DNA of 64,000 bases from Eledone cirrhosa (Eukaryota). Within the stretch, counting starts at the first letter, position 1. Each line of letters starts with the position of its first letter. The stretch lies in the NCBI GenBank assembly GCA_964016885.1, contig OZ024742.1, forward strand, positions 135,470,001 through 135,534,000, given 5' to 3'. The notes beneath the pieces are model-generated. The model was given only the letters and a program-made list of their open reading frames with translations, was not told where the DNA came from and searched no databases. Shown here in pieces: positions 11,902-25,390 of this stretch. Both the position numbers and the translations under genes were made by a program.

Positions 11902-14778
11902 CTATAGCACCTCTTTGTAGACAATATTGCGTGTCATCCCTTGAGGAATGTAAGCAAAAAGTGCATTCCTGCTCCCTACGTGGGAACAGGCAACATCAAG
12001 TTGACCATGGGAGAAGCATGACTTCCCCAAATGAAAGCCCGCCACCGACAATGTTTGCCCTTGTGACTTGTTAATGGACATGGCAAAACATGGTCTTATC
12101 GGGAATTGGAATAGCCGGAAATCGAACGGGATATCTGAAGCCGAGGGGAAAAGGTTCATCCTTGGAATGTAACCATTCTCCCCTCTCCCGCACCCCGTTA
12201 CAATGGTAGCCTCAATCAAGTGGGGCGTCATTGACTTGACGATCATGCGAGTACAGTTGCACTGCTTTGGTGGGCGCAAGTTCCTTATTAGCATAATGAG
12301 ACAGCTAGCCCTAAGCTTAAGAATGTGAGGTGGGAGCCCTGGAGGCTCAAGGGAATTTAATAACTCAACCAGATAATTAACGATATTGTCGGGTCTGACG
12401 TCCGGTCGATAGATTTTAAGATGTGCTCTTTACCGGGAATTTTCTCAATGAGCTGCTCGTTAAAAAAATTAACCATGGCATATTTCGGAGCAAGGATGGC
12501 TCTTTCGCTGAGCCAATCAAAGTTTTTAAATGTAGATGAAACATTAGGAAAAACTGCTTCCCAAAGGTCAGAAGGGCTGCTCACAATGTTGCACAGGGAG
12601 TCGATTGCTATGCCGCCCTTGTCATCCGCAGGGACCTTGCCCTCACCAAGTGCTAAAATGTTCTGAGCATATGCTGCAGAAATGTTGTCACCATGCAAAT
12701 GAGCACGCATATTTGTGCTCAGGAACAAAGTCTTCACCTGGGGCCACGTGGACGGTTTAAGGCAGGCACGCACTTCATCAGCTCTTGTCCCTTTGGGGAT
12801 GACAGGCAGCGTTTGCCGAAAATCCCCTGATAGCAGAAGGGCTACGCCACCCATAGGAGCCGTAGAATCCCTAATGTCTTTCAGGTACCTGTCCAATGCC
12901 TCAAGGGCACACTTGTGTGCCATTGTGCACTAATACCAAACAATGAGGCAACATTTTTTGAGAACCAGAGCTTTGTGTGAGCTCTTGCTAATATTGCATG
13001 TTGGTTTCTCAGTTTTTACTAAATCCAAGGGGTGTTTAAAGGTTGAATGCGCTGTCCTGCCTCTCGGCAGCAAAGTAGCAGCAATCCCGGACGATGCAAC
13101 GGCCAACGCAATGTTTTTCTCCTGACGAATCTTAGCAGGAATCAATTTTGTTACAAAAGTTTTTCAGGTACCACCAGGAGCATCAAGAAAGTAAATACCC
13201 CCAGTCTGATTTTGAACCGCGTCAATGATAGTTAAATAGGCCAACCTTTGGTCCGACAGACGTTTGGGCTCATTTTCCTCTAAGTATTGGGAATGAGATT
13301 CGATGTTTCCCGCAACAAATCCGGGGCCAACGTGTTAGCTTCATATGTGACGGTTGACAGCAAGTCATACGTCGCCAACTCACTCCCACCCATGTTGAGG
13401 AGGGCGTCCTCGATATCTATGAGTGCCCTCTTGTAGATAATGCCGCTGTAAGCAACTTCCACTGTAGGATACTGCAGATGAGCCAGGCGCAGGAAATCCT
13501 CAGACATGAAGTCTCTGTATTTGACCCATAAAGATTTGGGATCACCCAATTCACACTTTTGAAGCAACATAGAAAAGAGTTCCCATAGACCTTTAGGTGA
13601 TTTCAACAAATCACCCTCTGCTAAAGTGGAATCCCATTGCGAATCATCTTACAAAAGACCACGCTTAAAGCAGGCTTCCCGGTACGTATCACATATTTCT
13701 CCATCAACAGTTTTGAGGTCCTAAAAACTTTGTGGACCTACAACTTCATGGTGAAGAAGGCAGAGATAAAAGCACTCATGCTGACTTGGGGGCACAGTGT
13801 AAACCCTTCCAAGACATCTGTCAAATTTTGCCCCAGGATGTCTTTCAATATCCTGACCTGACTTTCTTCGCACCCAAGTGTTTTTCGACCATATAAAGTC
13901 GGATGGAACCTGGGGGTACACAATTGTTTGTGCAAATGTATCGAACTGGCAAAGTTTGAAGGAACCCGTCTGAGTGGTCTCTTTCGGATCGGCGGCCAGC
14001 TTGGCGGCGGTTTGGTCCGTAAAGTAAACCCTTTGCCCATTTTTCAAATGTACCGCAAGCTGTACGATGGCGGGATGCCGTTGGCGTAAGGGGAAACCAA
14101 ATAGGTGCCAAAAAGCTTCATTGCTACTGATGTACCGCCCCGCCAGGTATTCTGTGACCTGATCGGAGCCCTTATTTACATATTTGCATATGTATGTTAT
14201 AGACTTGACGGAGTTGTAAAACTCAACGATGATGTGGGCGTTGAACATCTTCAAGAGAAGCGTGCAGTAAGGGACCACCCATTTATTGTCGACTTGATCT
14301 CCCTTTACTGCTGTGGTGAAGCCACCGTTCTCGGGCCGTCTTCGCCTGTACAGGGGGTAACCATCGCCACCAGTCTGAGTCTCGTCAACAAATTATTTTG
14401 GGTATCCCTTATTGCACGACCCCCCTTTCAGACACGTGTGATGCTCATTAGGACCCCACGCACACTGGCCATGTTAGCTTTGACGATGTCATGTAATTCC
14501 TGGTCAGTTGCTGGGATAGGGATTTCAGCCGAAATGAAGCTGTCTATGGCATTTGAATTGATTTTATTAGCTAACCAAGTCAAAATGTGAGCATGTGGCA
14601 GCCCTCGTTTTTGCCATTCGACGGTGAACATGTCACATTTTACAGCCCCAAATACCTGACCTTTTTTGATTAGAGCCATGAGTTTAGCCAGTTTCAGTCT
14701 GAACACTCTTGCAATGATCTCATGTCTGTTCGAATAATCTTGCCCAGGAAAAAGTTCACTGGTTACATTCCGATTCAT
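11902..14778 (-). pseudogene. Helitron RepHel (HUH Rep + PIF1 helicase), frameshifted and lacking the N-terminus
   Basis: VEWQKRGLPHAHIL (HUH motif), YICKYVNKGSD (Tyr motif), AVASSGIAATLL, GDFRQTLPV, FAMSINKSQGQT and FSHGQL are spread over several broken ORFs. Walker A reads DAPGGT*KT. Confidence 0.95.
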
Positions 14779-14875
14779 ATGTCTATAGCATTAATCTGTT
14801 ATATGATGTGTTATTTTGCGGGTTGTTATTTTCAATAAGCCGATTGAAAATGCCCCAGATAAGCCGTATGCCAAT

Positions 14876-15195
14876 ACGGAACGCTCAATGCGGAACGCTC
14901 CATTGCAGTGTTGTCATATAGGGAGTGAAGAGCGTCAGAGAGAGTAAAGCAGTTAAATTATAGAGAGGGGGAAATATACGGAACGCTCCATTTGACCATA
15001 TACATTGTTTCTCTCTCTGCAGTGTTGTCATATAGGGAGTGAAGAGAGACTGAGAGAGTAAAGCAGTTAAATTATAGAGAGGGGGAATATACGGAACGCT
15101 CCATTTGATCATACACATTGTTTCTCTCTCTGCAGCGTGTCATATAGGGGGTGGAGAGCGATAGAGAGAGTAAAGCAGTTAAATTATAGAGAGGT
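14876..15195. repeat. ~116 bp subterminal tandem repeat inside Helitron 1 (about 3 units)
   Basis: The unit cggaacgctccatt...tgtcatataggg...gagagtaaagcagttaaattatagagagg is repeated. Confidence 0.9.
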
Positions 15196-15848
15196 CGTTA
15201 TTGTTACCTTTGTTGTTTTATAAATTCATCTGTTGCTTTTGAATATTTGTTATTTGATGTAAAATGTAACGTTGATAGAGCAGTATGTATTTAGTGTTAT
15301 CGGCTTTTAAAATGTTGATATTTGATGTATGAGTGTCGTTATGACTGTAGAGAGGGGGAATAATCTATTGTAGAGAGACGGAAGAGCGACGGAGAGAGTA
15401 AAGCTATGGTTGTTGTGTTGCTTAGGTTCCAAACTTTGTGTCGCGTTCCTTCAAAAGAAGTTTTGTCGTTCTAAATTGTAATGTTGATAGGGTAGTAGAC
15501 GGAGGCAGTAACCTTTTAAAGAGAGTTGCAGAGGAGATTGAGGGGGGAGTAGAGGAAAATATGAACCTTTTAAAGAGAGTTGCAACATGTATGTAGTTTC
15601 ATATATTTTTGATGGTAGTAGTGAGAGGAATGAAGCATGTAAGAGAGAGGGTTACAGCATATATTTAGTTTTATCAAGTTTTTTTCATAGAAGCAGGACA
15701 TTTTTGGCAAAAGTAATTACTCGTTGACCTGCCCTGGTAAATTTGGAACAGATTGGAAAAAAGTCATCAAAATCAGTAGAGAAATGTGGAAATGCATAAA
15801 AATCATACACACACATAGACGGACATCTACCGTTTTATATATATATAG

Positions 15849-18800
15849 TAGCAGAAGTGCCCGGCGTTGCTCGGAGTTTAATTGCTTTAAAGTACTTTTA
15901 ATGATTCCACTCAATTATGAATATTGAGGCATTGAAAGTAAATACGGGTAAGTTTGAAGATATACAACAATAGCATCTATTCACCATATGCAGACCGGCA
16001 ACACTGCAGTGGTGCTGAATAGAGGAGTCACAACACCTCTATGCAGACCACATTTTTTGTTCTGCCTTTGGGCACAAGTATGAATAAGTTCTGCTTGCAT
16101 CCCACTCTTGAGCCTGCGACGTATAATTGGCCGTGTGAGAAGCACGGCTGGGCTAAATGCAGGCCTGCCGTTGATAGCGTTTGGCCTTGGGACTTGTTGA
16201 TTGACATCGCGAAGCAAAGTTTAACGGGGAATTGAAGTCGGCGCAGACTACAGGGGCATTCCGTACCTGATGGAGTTAATGGTATTCTGGGTATGAAGAC
16301 GTTTTATCCAGCACCGTAGCCCGTGAGAATTGTGGCTTCAATTACTGCGGCAGGAGGTTTCTTACCCCTAACCGTGTTCCGTTGGAGAAAGTCCTCATTG
16401 ATTTTTGTAGCTGAGACATTTTTGGGAGCCAATATGGCTCTATCGCATAGCCAACTCGTGTTTTTGTAGTTGGTCGCCATATCGGGAAAGACAGAGGCTG
16501 TGAGGTCGTCAACAGGTTCGACAACGGTGCCTACGTGCGAGACTGCCATTTCTCCAGCTGCATCTGAAGGTGCAGTGCCGTCACCATCTGTTAAGAGGTC
16601 ATTTGAGAAGTCGGCTGCTGAGTGGTCGCCGAGCAGTTGGACTCTCATGTTTGTTGTGAGGGTCAGGATTGTCACTTCCTGCCACAGGGGAGATGACTTA
16701 ATGCAAGCCCCCACAGTGTCGGCCCTGGTGGCTTTTGGAACAACTGGAAGAGTTTGTCGAAAATCGCCAGACAGCAGTAGAGGTACACCTCCCATCGGCG
16801 GGTTGCATTCCCTGATGTCTCGTAGGGTCCTGTCTAACGCCTCAAGGGACCCTTTATGGGCCATTGTATTCGTCCCACACAATTAGGTGTCATCTTTTCA
16901 AGACTTCAGCTTTGTCAGAGACCTTGGTGATGTTGCAGGTTATTGTGTCGTCTGAAGTCGTGTTGAATGGCAGTTTAAATGCGGAATGAGCTGTCCTACC
17001 TCCGGGCAGCATAGTTGCGGCAATGCCAGAAGAAGCCACAGCCAGCGCGATTCCTTTCTGCTGTCGCACTTTGGCGAGGAGGAGTTTATTGACGAATGTT
17101 TTACCAGTCCCTCCTGGGGTGTCCAAAAAGAAGATATCTCCTCTGCGTTGACGAATGGAAGTGCAAACTGGGTGATACGCCTGCCGTTGTTCCTGCAACA
17201 ATTTCGGCTCGTTTTCGTTGATAAACAGTTCGAGGGCGTGGACGTCGTAGGCAGTTTCCTGAATTATGCCCGTCGGAAGTTTGTCGGAGCCCGTTCGCTG
17301 AACCTTTGGCAGTCCATAGAATGGAAGGTCATTTCTGCCGGCAGTTAGGATGTTGTCCTCGATGTCAATGAGAGCTTTGTTGAAGAATTCCTCGCTGAGT
17401 CGTACGTCGGAATGAGGGAGTAGCAGTTGTCCTTGGTGTATGTAGTCATCAGAAAGGTCCTTTTTGTATTTGTCCCATAAGGATGCAAGGTCGCTTAACT
17501 CGCATGTCTGCAGGAGCACCGCAAAGTGTTGCCGAAGAGTTCGCGCTGACCGTATTGTAGCTGCCTCCGCCAATGTCGCATCCCACTGAGCGCCATCTTC
17601 CAGTAAATCCCGTCTAAGGCAGGCTGCGCGGAATGAAGTACAAGGCTCTCCGTTGATTGTTTTCAGATCGTCGAAAGATGTCGGTCCTACCACGTCATGC
17701 AGTAGAAGGCGGAGATAAAAACATTCCTGTTGGTTAGGATGAATGGTGTACACTCTCCCAAGGGTAGGACACATTTTAATGTCTGGATGTCCCTCGACGG
17801 GTTGTCCTTTCACCCTTCTTATCTAAATTCTGTTGTCTGTGTTCCATGTGTAGTATGATGGCACCTGAGAGTAGAAGATGGTCTTGGCGAAGGGATCGTT
17901 TCGGCATAACTTAAAAAATGCCGTATGTGTGGTGTCCTTGGATTCCTCTGCTATCTCAGCAGCGGTGGAGGCGGTGAAGTAGACTCTTTGACCGTTTCAA
18001 GGTGCACCGCCAACTGTTTGATTGGGGGGGGGGTAGTTATGGTGTATTGCAAAGTGGAAGAATCGCCAGAACGCTTCATTGCTGCTGATGTATAGGCCGA
18101 CCTGGTATCGAGTTACTTGGTCTCGGTTGTTCTCCATTGTAAGACCAAAGGACGCAGCATCGGACCCCTTATTGATAGTGGCATTATTCAACGTTAATGT
18201 GGGCGTTAAACAATTTAAGCAGAAGTGGGCAGTAGGGTACAATCCACCGGTTGTCGACGTTGTGATGTGGTGTTTTCGCTAATTCCTCCGTCCGCTGGCT
18301 CCCTGCGGCGGTATAATGGATAACCATCGTCAACTGTCCGAGTTTCTCGGAGGAATGGCTTAGGATACCTCTTGGTGCACCTTCTTTCTTTAATCCATGG
18401 AGAATTCATGTTAAGACCGTTTCCGCATGGCCCATGAACCATGTGAGCAGTGACGATGTTGTGGAGTTGTCTGTTCAATTTTGCGTCGGGTATTTCTGCT
18501 GAAATGATGCTGTCAATGCTGCTTGCGTTGATTTTCGTTATCAGCCAAATGAGTAGGTGAGCGTGTGGCAGGCCTCTTTTTTGCCACTCAACGGTGTATA
18601 CGTAGCACCTAACAGGTCCAAAGGCCTTACCTGATTTTAGGAGCTCAATAAGTTTTGTCAACTTCAAGTGAAAGACTCGTGCCGTAAGATCGTGTCTGTC
18701 TGACGCCCTTTATCTAGGGAATAATTCCGCGGTAATTTCATTCCACTTAGGGTTGCATGTTTAGTGATGAAGAGATCCGGTTTGCCGTAGAGACGCACGT

Positions 18801-21318
18801 ACGTCATAGCATCCTGTGTGCGTTCACTCATGTATCGGGGACTCTCAATGAAGGTCGACGGAAGGATACAATGTTTTCCTAGTTTCTCGGGATCGACGTC
18901 ATTCCTTACTCCATCCTGTAAGTGAATGTAGCTGTCCGAACGAAGGCGTGCTTGATTGTTCCTATGTAGCACAGCCTTTCAGATTCCATCTTTGCGCATG
19001 CGTCTACAGCAAACTGGTTGAAGAGTACTCTTGCACGGTGTAGTTGGTTAAAGCAGCATTCGCGGACCATGAATCGCTAGGTGTAGAATTGCATAGAGGA
19101 AACAGTTTTGTTGCTATTGCACAAAGGAATTCCAAAGTGGTATCCGTCGTCACCGAATGGGAGAAGTAGGGGATATTGGAATGCGTCGTAGGACCTATGC
19201 GTCTCGCTGATCCGTTGCAGACTGTTGTCCCTACACTGAAGTATGATGTCCCGCTTGTTGTACTGTTCTGCACGAAGAAGCACAGCTATTTCATTTCACG
19301 TGGGAGTGTTAAAACGTCTAGCGTGGGTGCCTGGTGGTTTCCTGTCAGCGTCGATTATAACACCAAAATTTGGCAACGGAGCAGCCTCCAGTGCGCATTT
19401 AAAACTGCGAATGTAGTTGTTGTTTTCGTGAAGCATTCTCTGGAGTTGCAACATAATTTTCATATCTGTGCCAGGCGAAATTGAAGCGCGTCGTTCCGCT
19501 TGGTCCAAATAGTCAGTCACAAAGTATAGCTGTAGGAACTGGGGCTGTCCGTCTGTCGTGGGCAGTAGCGAACCGATTCTGTGGTAAATTTGTCCTTGAA
19601 CTTTAAAGGTAGGCATGAAGCCGTCCTCGCGTATGATGGTAGCTCCGAAAGAGGTCATTTGGAAGGCAGCGTTGTATCTCCTGGAACATCGAAGGAAGTG
19701 TTCCGACTCCGCTGCAGCACCGGTCAGTAGCGACTTCAAAGGTTGTGGTGGTTCCTGTAGAGGAGGTAGTTTCACTTTGCCGTCAGAGCAGCACATCACT
19801 GAAGTCTCCCCAGGCCAAATTTTTGCCCGACAATATTGGCAAATGACAGGCATGGATCCAATCTGAACTTCTGGCATCATTGCATAGTTTACTGTTGGGT
19901 CATAGTGGAAAGTCTTATGAGACCACTGAGTGCAACTGATCCTCTGTGTACCTCGTTTAGCACTCCTGCGGAGTGCGTTGGCGTTTAGCCTTTGTAATTG
20001 AATTTGCGCAGTCTCTGATGCGCGAACGGAAGCTATTGAAGCGGCGCCCGTACGTTGACGTCTGGAACGCTGCCCTTCGTCCTCAGCAGCACGTGACGCA
20101 GTAGTTGAGGCGGCATCTCTTCGTCGTCGACTGTAATGGTGTTCTTCGTCTTCACCGTCACGTGCCGCAGCGGTGCAGGCCGCATTTTTGCTTCGTCGTG
20201 GAGAATGTTGTTCATCAGTTTGCGCTGCACGTGCAACTGCAGTTACAAATGCATTTCCCGAAAGGTGGATGCTCCTCTCTTTTTCTGTCTCGGTTGCCCG
20301 GGTAATTGCATTTCGAGTTGCATTTTGTGACAACCGAGTCAATTTTTTTATGGACAACTCTGTAGCTCTTCTTCGTTTGGCAGCAGAAGCAGCTTTAGTT
20401 TGGCGACTAAGTCGTCTTTTTTTGGGTGGCATTACCCTAGAATGTGTTTGGTAGCGAAAATTTTCAAATGAACTTTGAATTAGTTTAAAGTATTGTAGCA
20501 GGACCGAACACGTAAATATTTATGCAGATAAGGGAGCATGAAAGGGGGAGTAGCCAAAACTTCCAATTGAACGGTGAGTAAGTGGAAAGTGAGTACTAAG
20601 TAAGATCTATGAAGAATGCACGTCAAATAATAGGTCAAACCTGTAAGCCAAGCCTGTCTGAGTTATAGCACAAAAGAGCGTAAACAGGGGCGTTATTTTG
20701 GAGCACACTAGAAAATAAATCTTCGAAATCGGACGTTCGTTAAAAAAGTTTTCTCATTAATTTTTTGTCTCATATTGAGAAAAACAAAGAAAGAAAAATT
20801 ACAAGAAGGACAACAATAAAATATAATGTCTTTGTTGAGATTTAAGTAAATGAACGCTTAAGCGTCGTTATTGTTACGTTTGTTGTTTTCTAAATTCATC
20901 TGTTGCTTTTGAATATTTGTTATTTGATGTAAAATGTAACGTTGAGAGAGCTGTATGTATTTAGTGTTATCGGCTTTTTAAATTTTGATAGTTGATGTAT
21001 GATGAACGAAGAGGGTCAATGATCTATTATAGAGAGAGAAGATTTGTCGTTGTTCTAAACTGTAATGGAGACGGAGGCAGTAACCTTTTAAAGAGAGTTG
21101 CGGAGGAGATTGAGGGTAGTGAGAGGAATGAAGCGTGTAAGAGAGAGGGTTACAGCATGTATTTAGCTTTATCGATTTTTTTTCATAGAAGCAAAAGTAA
21201 TTACGCGTTGACCTGCCCTGGTAAATTTGGGGCACAATGGAAAATAAATCATCAAAATCGGGAGAGAAATATGGAAATAGATAAAAATCATACACACACA
21301 CTCAGACAGATATCTACC

Positions 21319-21354
<36 letters not shown>
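15849..21354 (-). mobile_element. Helitron 2 (near full length, decayed)
   Basis: The 5' end is TC-(TA)n-aaaacggtagat at about 21354. The 3' hairpin ccgagcaacgccggg + cacttctg-CTA abuts Helitron 1. The full RepHel domain order is present. Confidence 0.92.
16028..20432 (-). pseudogene. Helitron RepHel with N-terminal 23-aa repeats, Zn finger, HUH Rep and PIF1 helicase; multiple frameshifts
   Basis: Starts MPPKKRR. Contains CQYC..K...E...CCSDGKV, FKVQGQIYHRIGSL, YGKPDLFIT, VEWQKRGLPHAHLL, DTPGGTGKT, GDFRQTLPVV and SQGQT..FSHGQLYVA. TGA stop at 16028-16030. Confidence 0.95.
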
Positions 21355-21392
<38 letters not shown>

Positions 21393-21473
21393 ATAATAAA
21401 TTTGTAGGCTAAAATCCAAAGAGAGCCCGATAGGGATAAATATATATCAAATATATAAGAACCGTAGAGCAAA

Positions 21474-21768
<295 letters not shown>

Positions 21769-21972
21769 ACCTGTTTAGCTTGATTTGTTTTTTTGGCTTA
21801 GGTGGGTAATGCCTTCTTGACCACTTTTTCAGTTTGTATAGCGTTTTAACGTATTGTTTAGCTTTAGTTTTCTTAACTATTGGAGCGCTTGCCAGCATAT
21901 CTACGATTTTGCGTTTCGTTTCGCTTTTTCTACCAGCCGAAATAGGATTCTCGCTGAATTTATATTTATATA

Positions 21973-22190
21973 TGAAGGCGTGTGGCTGAGTGGTTAGAGA
22001 ATTGGATTCGCAATCGTCAGGTTGTGAGTTCGATTCCTGGACCAGGCGATGCGTTATGTCCTTGAGCAAGACACTTTATTTCACGTTGCTCCTTCTACTT
22101 GGAGTTGCGACCGATAGATAGTATTAGCAATTGGAAAGACCAACGGAAACATTGTTCCCTCGGTCCGATTTGACGAAAGTCGATCGTCTT
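21973..22190 (+). mobile_element. SINE family B, near full length
   Basis: gaaggcgtgtggctgagtggttagag (A box), gagttcgattcc (B box), gtccttgagcaagacact (CORE-like). Confidence 0.9.
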
Positions 22191-22862
22191 CCTATATATA
22201 TATATATTTCGTTTCTGAATTTGTTTAGCAAAATTCTTTAGCTGAAAACGTGTGTTGAAACCGATATTGTTATACTTTGGGAGAGCCATGTTGCCAATAA
22301 GAAACACACGCACCAGCTGATTTTACTCCAATTTATTATAAATTAAACATTTTTTTTTTAAAAATAAATTTCCGGTTGGCTGGTTGGGTCCACAACCGGG
22401 CGGTTGTTCATATATTGTCAAGCTTCTTTCGTCACACATTATGTGACCTCTTCAGTGACTGGAAATTATTTTCTTTGTTTTGTGCCTCTCCTTTTCTCTG
22501 TCCTATGCCATCTTGGTTTTGTGTGTGTTGTGTGCTTAGTTTGCGCATGTGTTACATCCGGGTGTCTGTGTGTGTTTTTATTTGTTTATTTATTTGTTTA
22601 TTTACATGTTACTGGTTGGTTTTTTGTTCTATGTGTGTATGTTTTCATTTTGTCCTTAATTGTAAGTTGTGATGTTGCTATTCCATTCATGTTTTCTATT
22701 TAATTTTGGTTGGAGTTCATTTATTTTTATTGCCTCTGTGATTAACCTTATTCCTAGTTCTTTCTATTCTATTCCAAAATTTGCTCCTCAGGTCTCATTT
22801 GTATCATTATTTCCCATTTTTTCCCATTTGGTTCTGGCTCCTCTATATACTCTGTGTTTTTT

Positions 22863-24240
22863 TTATCTCTGATTGTAAACAGGGAACTGCATACGGTGGA
22901 TGAAGTGTTGTATGTGTCTCTCTAGTTCTTTGGGGTTGCACATGCGGGATACGTTTTTAATCACTCGTACTAAATCCGCAATCAGTATGTTGATTTTGGT
23001 GTGATCCGAAACAGCTGAGTTTCGGTGGATCAGATATTTGGAAGTCATGGGTTTGGCATAATGGGAATGGGGGATTTGTTTTTTGTTATTAATGGTTTCT
23101 AACCAGAGCTCTGTGTCTAGTACAGGTAATCGATGGTTGGGGTGTTTGCTTGGGTAGTCTTGGAGTTAGCTATTTGCTGGATGCTTTCCTTGCTGTTTTT
23201 CTCTAATTCCTGACTATTTCTAGTGGGGGTGTGTTTACTACGATGTTTATATCATCAACGTAACGAAAGTACATTATCAGGGTTAAGAGGTTGCTGTCTT
23301 CTATTTGTTCTTTAAGTTTGTTGTCCCACCATGAATAGGTTAGCTATGTCACCTGCAATGCTATCACCAATGGCTGCTCCTTCCTCTTGGGCATATGTTT
23401 TTCCATTAAATTTGAACATAAGTTCCTTAAGGGTTAATTTTATACTCGCCCCCACCGCATGTGCAATCATTTTCTTTAGTTCATCGTGGTTTTCGGGGTC
23501 CGTATAGCTCTGGTCCACCCATTCCATCTTTATGTTGTGGATTTTCTTGGCCATTGAGGTAAGAGTAGGCGGTCTGCCTCTTGCTGGTCTTGTGGGGCAG
23601 AGGTTGCTAAGGTCATACGTATCTAGATAATTATTACTATAATTAAGTTTAAGTAGGAATCCCAGCTCACTGGTATCAATCCCAAGGGATTGAACATTGC
23701 TCTCACTGATCATTTCTACGCATTTCTCCACAGCAAAATCCACGTGAATGGATGGATATAGGGACACAACATCCTATTATACGGTCTGTTAGGTCCCTAG
23801 ATCAGTTATTTTCGCTGATTCTTCTGAGGAGGTCCTCCGTGCTGTCACTTATATCCGGGGACATTTCAATGATCTAGTTACTAGCAATGTTAGCTCCACA
23901 GACTGGCCGTGTGGTTGGTCCTGTGACTGTGTCACTGTTCATCTTATGGTCTTTTCGAAGCCCATACAACGCTGGCACGTTATTGTTCCAGGTCTGGAAG
24001 TTGTGGGCAGTCCGTTTATTGGGCTGCATTATGTTTGTCCACATCATCATATGAGCATTGAGGGTTTTCTCCCTATCCTCATGCTCTTGTGGTATTACTT
24101 CTCTTGCGTTAGTGAGGTGGGTTTGCATTGCCTGGATGTAGTTTGACAGACTGTCAACCGACATTCTGCCAGATTTGTCTGTTGGAAAGTATACAATCTC
24201 TCCATTACACGAGCGCTGCATGAGCTTACGCAAGCCATTT
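22863..24240 (-). pseudogene. PLE reverse transcriptase, broken
   Basis: PTDKSGR, LYGLRKDHK..GPTTRPVCGA, DVVSLYPSI, YAQEEGAAIG..IANLFM, YFRYVDDINI (about 23240-23275), LPVLDTELW. Confidence 0.9.
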
Positions 24241-24349
24241 GCAGATTTTTCTCCCAGTTGCTGGGCCTCTATTCTATTTTGCTTCTTGCTATACTGTTTA
24301 TAATATTTATAATTTTATATCTAGCTATACTAAATTGTGCTTCTGCTTG

Positions 24350-25151
24350 TTCATCGATCTGCGACGGCATATGCAACCCGAAAGAACTAGAGAGGCACAT
24401 ACAACACTTCATCCACTGTATGCAGTTCTCTGGTTACAATCAGAGAGATAAAATCAGAGTGTATAGAGGAACCAGAACCAAATGGGAAAACATGCGAAAT
24501 AATGATGCAAGTAGGACCTGCCCTTGTATAGGAGCACATTTTGGAATAGAATAGAAAGAACTAGGAATAAGGTTAATAGAATAAAGTCATGGTATGATAG
24601 CAATACATACCAGAGTGTAATGTTCATCAATACAACCCCTAGAAGTGAATTAGCTTACAAATTTAGAAGGGCCCTAGATAAACATAAACTCAATATTAAG
24701 ATAGTAGAAAGACCAGGTACCTCCATAAAAACACTTATTAGTAATACATACCCTTTTCATAGACCCCGCCCCCTGTATAGATAAGAAATGCATAATCTGT
24801 GAACTAAGCCCCCATATTAACTGTAAAACTAGAAACATAGTATATAGCATAAGATGTACTGAACGATAATGTAAAGATAAGAATATAGTGTACATAGGTG
24901 AGACAGCTCGTAGTATAGGAGAACGGTTAAATGAACACTGGCGAGAGCTTCAATATAGAAAAGAATCATCAATACTCCACCAACATGCTAAAATAGAACA
25001 TAAGGGAAAATCAGAGAACATAGAAATAAAATCTACACACAGTAAAGACGCAATGTTTAGACAAATCACAGAGGTAATAAACATAAATGAACTCCAACCA
25101 AAATTAAATAGAAAACATGAATGGAATAGCAACATCACAACTTACAATTAA
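24350..25151 (+). pseudogene. PLE thumb/linker + GIY-YIG endonuclease, broken
   Basis: Across frameshifts: CIDKKCIIC...NCKTRNIVYSIRCTER*CKDKNIVYIGETARSIGERLNEH...LHQH...RQITE.I.I....PKLNRKHEW. Confidence 0.9.
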
Positions 25152-25346
25152 GGACAAAATGAAAACATACACACATAGAACAAAAGACCAACCAGTAACA
25201 TGTAAATAAACAAATAAATAACAAATAAAAACACACACAGACACCTGGATGTAACACATGCGCAAAGTAAGCACACAACACACACAAAAACAAGATGGCG
25301 TAGGTCAGAAAAAAGGAGAGGCACAAAACAAAGAAAAGAATCCACA

Positions 25347-25390
25347 GTCACTGAAGAGGTCACATAATGTGTGACGAAAGAACTTTGACA
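25347..25390 (+). ncRNA. Minimal hammerhead-like motif in the PLE terminal repeat (inverted copy at 22417-22459)
   Basis: gtca-CTGAAGA-g-gtcaca(taatg)tgtgac-GAAA-gaactt-tgac. Stems I and II pair; stem III is degenerate and differs between the two copies. Confidence 0.6.

Larger units (their letters stand above)
11580..15848 (-). mobile_element. Helitron 1 (internally deleted, apparently chimeric)
   Basis: On the minus strand the 3' end is hairpin ctcgagcaacaccggg + ataaactg-CTAG followed by T in a TA tract. The 5' end is (c)tatatatatataaaacggtagatg. A RepHel pseudogene lies inside. Confidence 0.92.

Noticed and set aside
21973-22050. tRNA gene
   Set aside because: A/B boxes are present but continue into a repeated SINE body; there is no clear acceptor stem.
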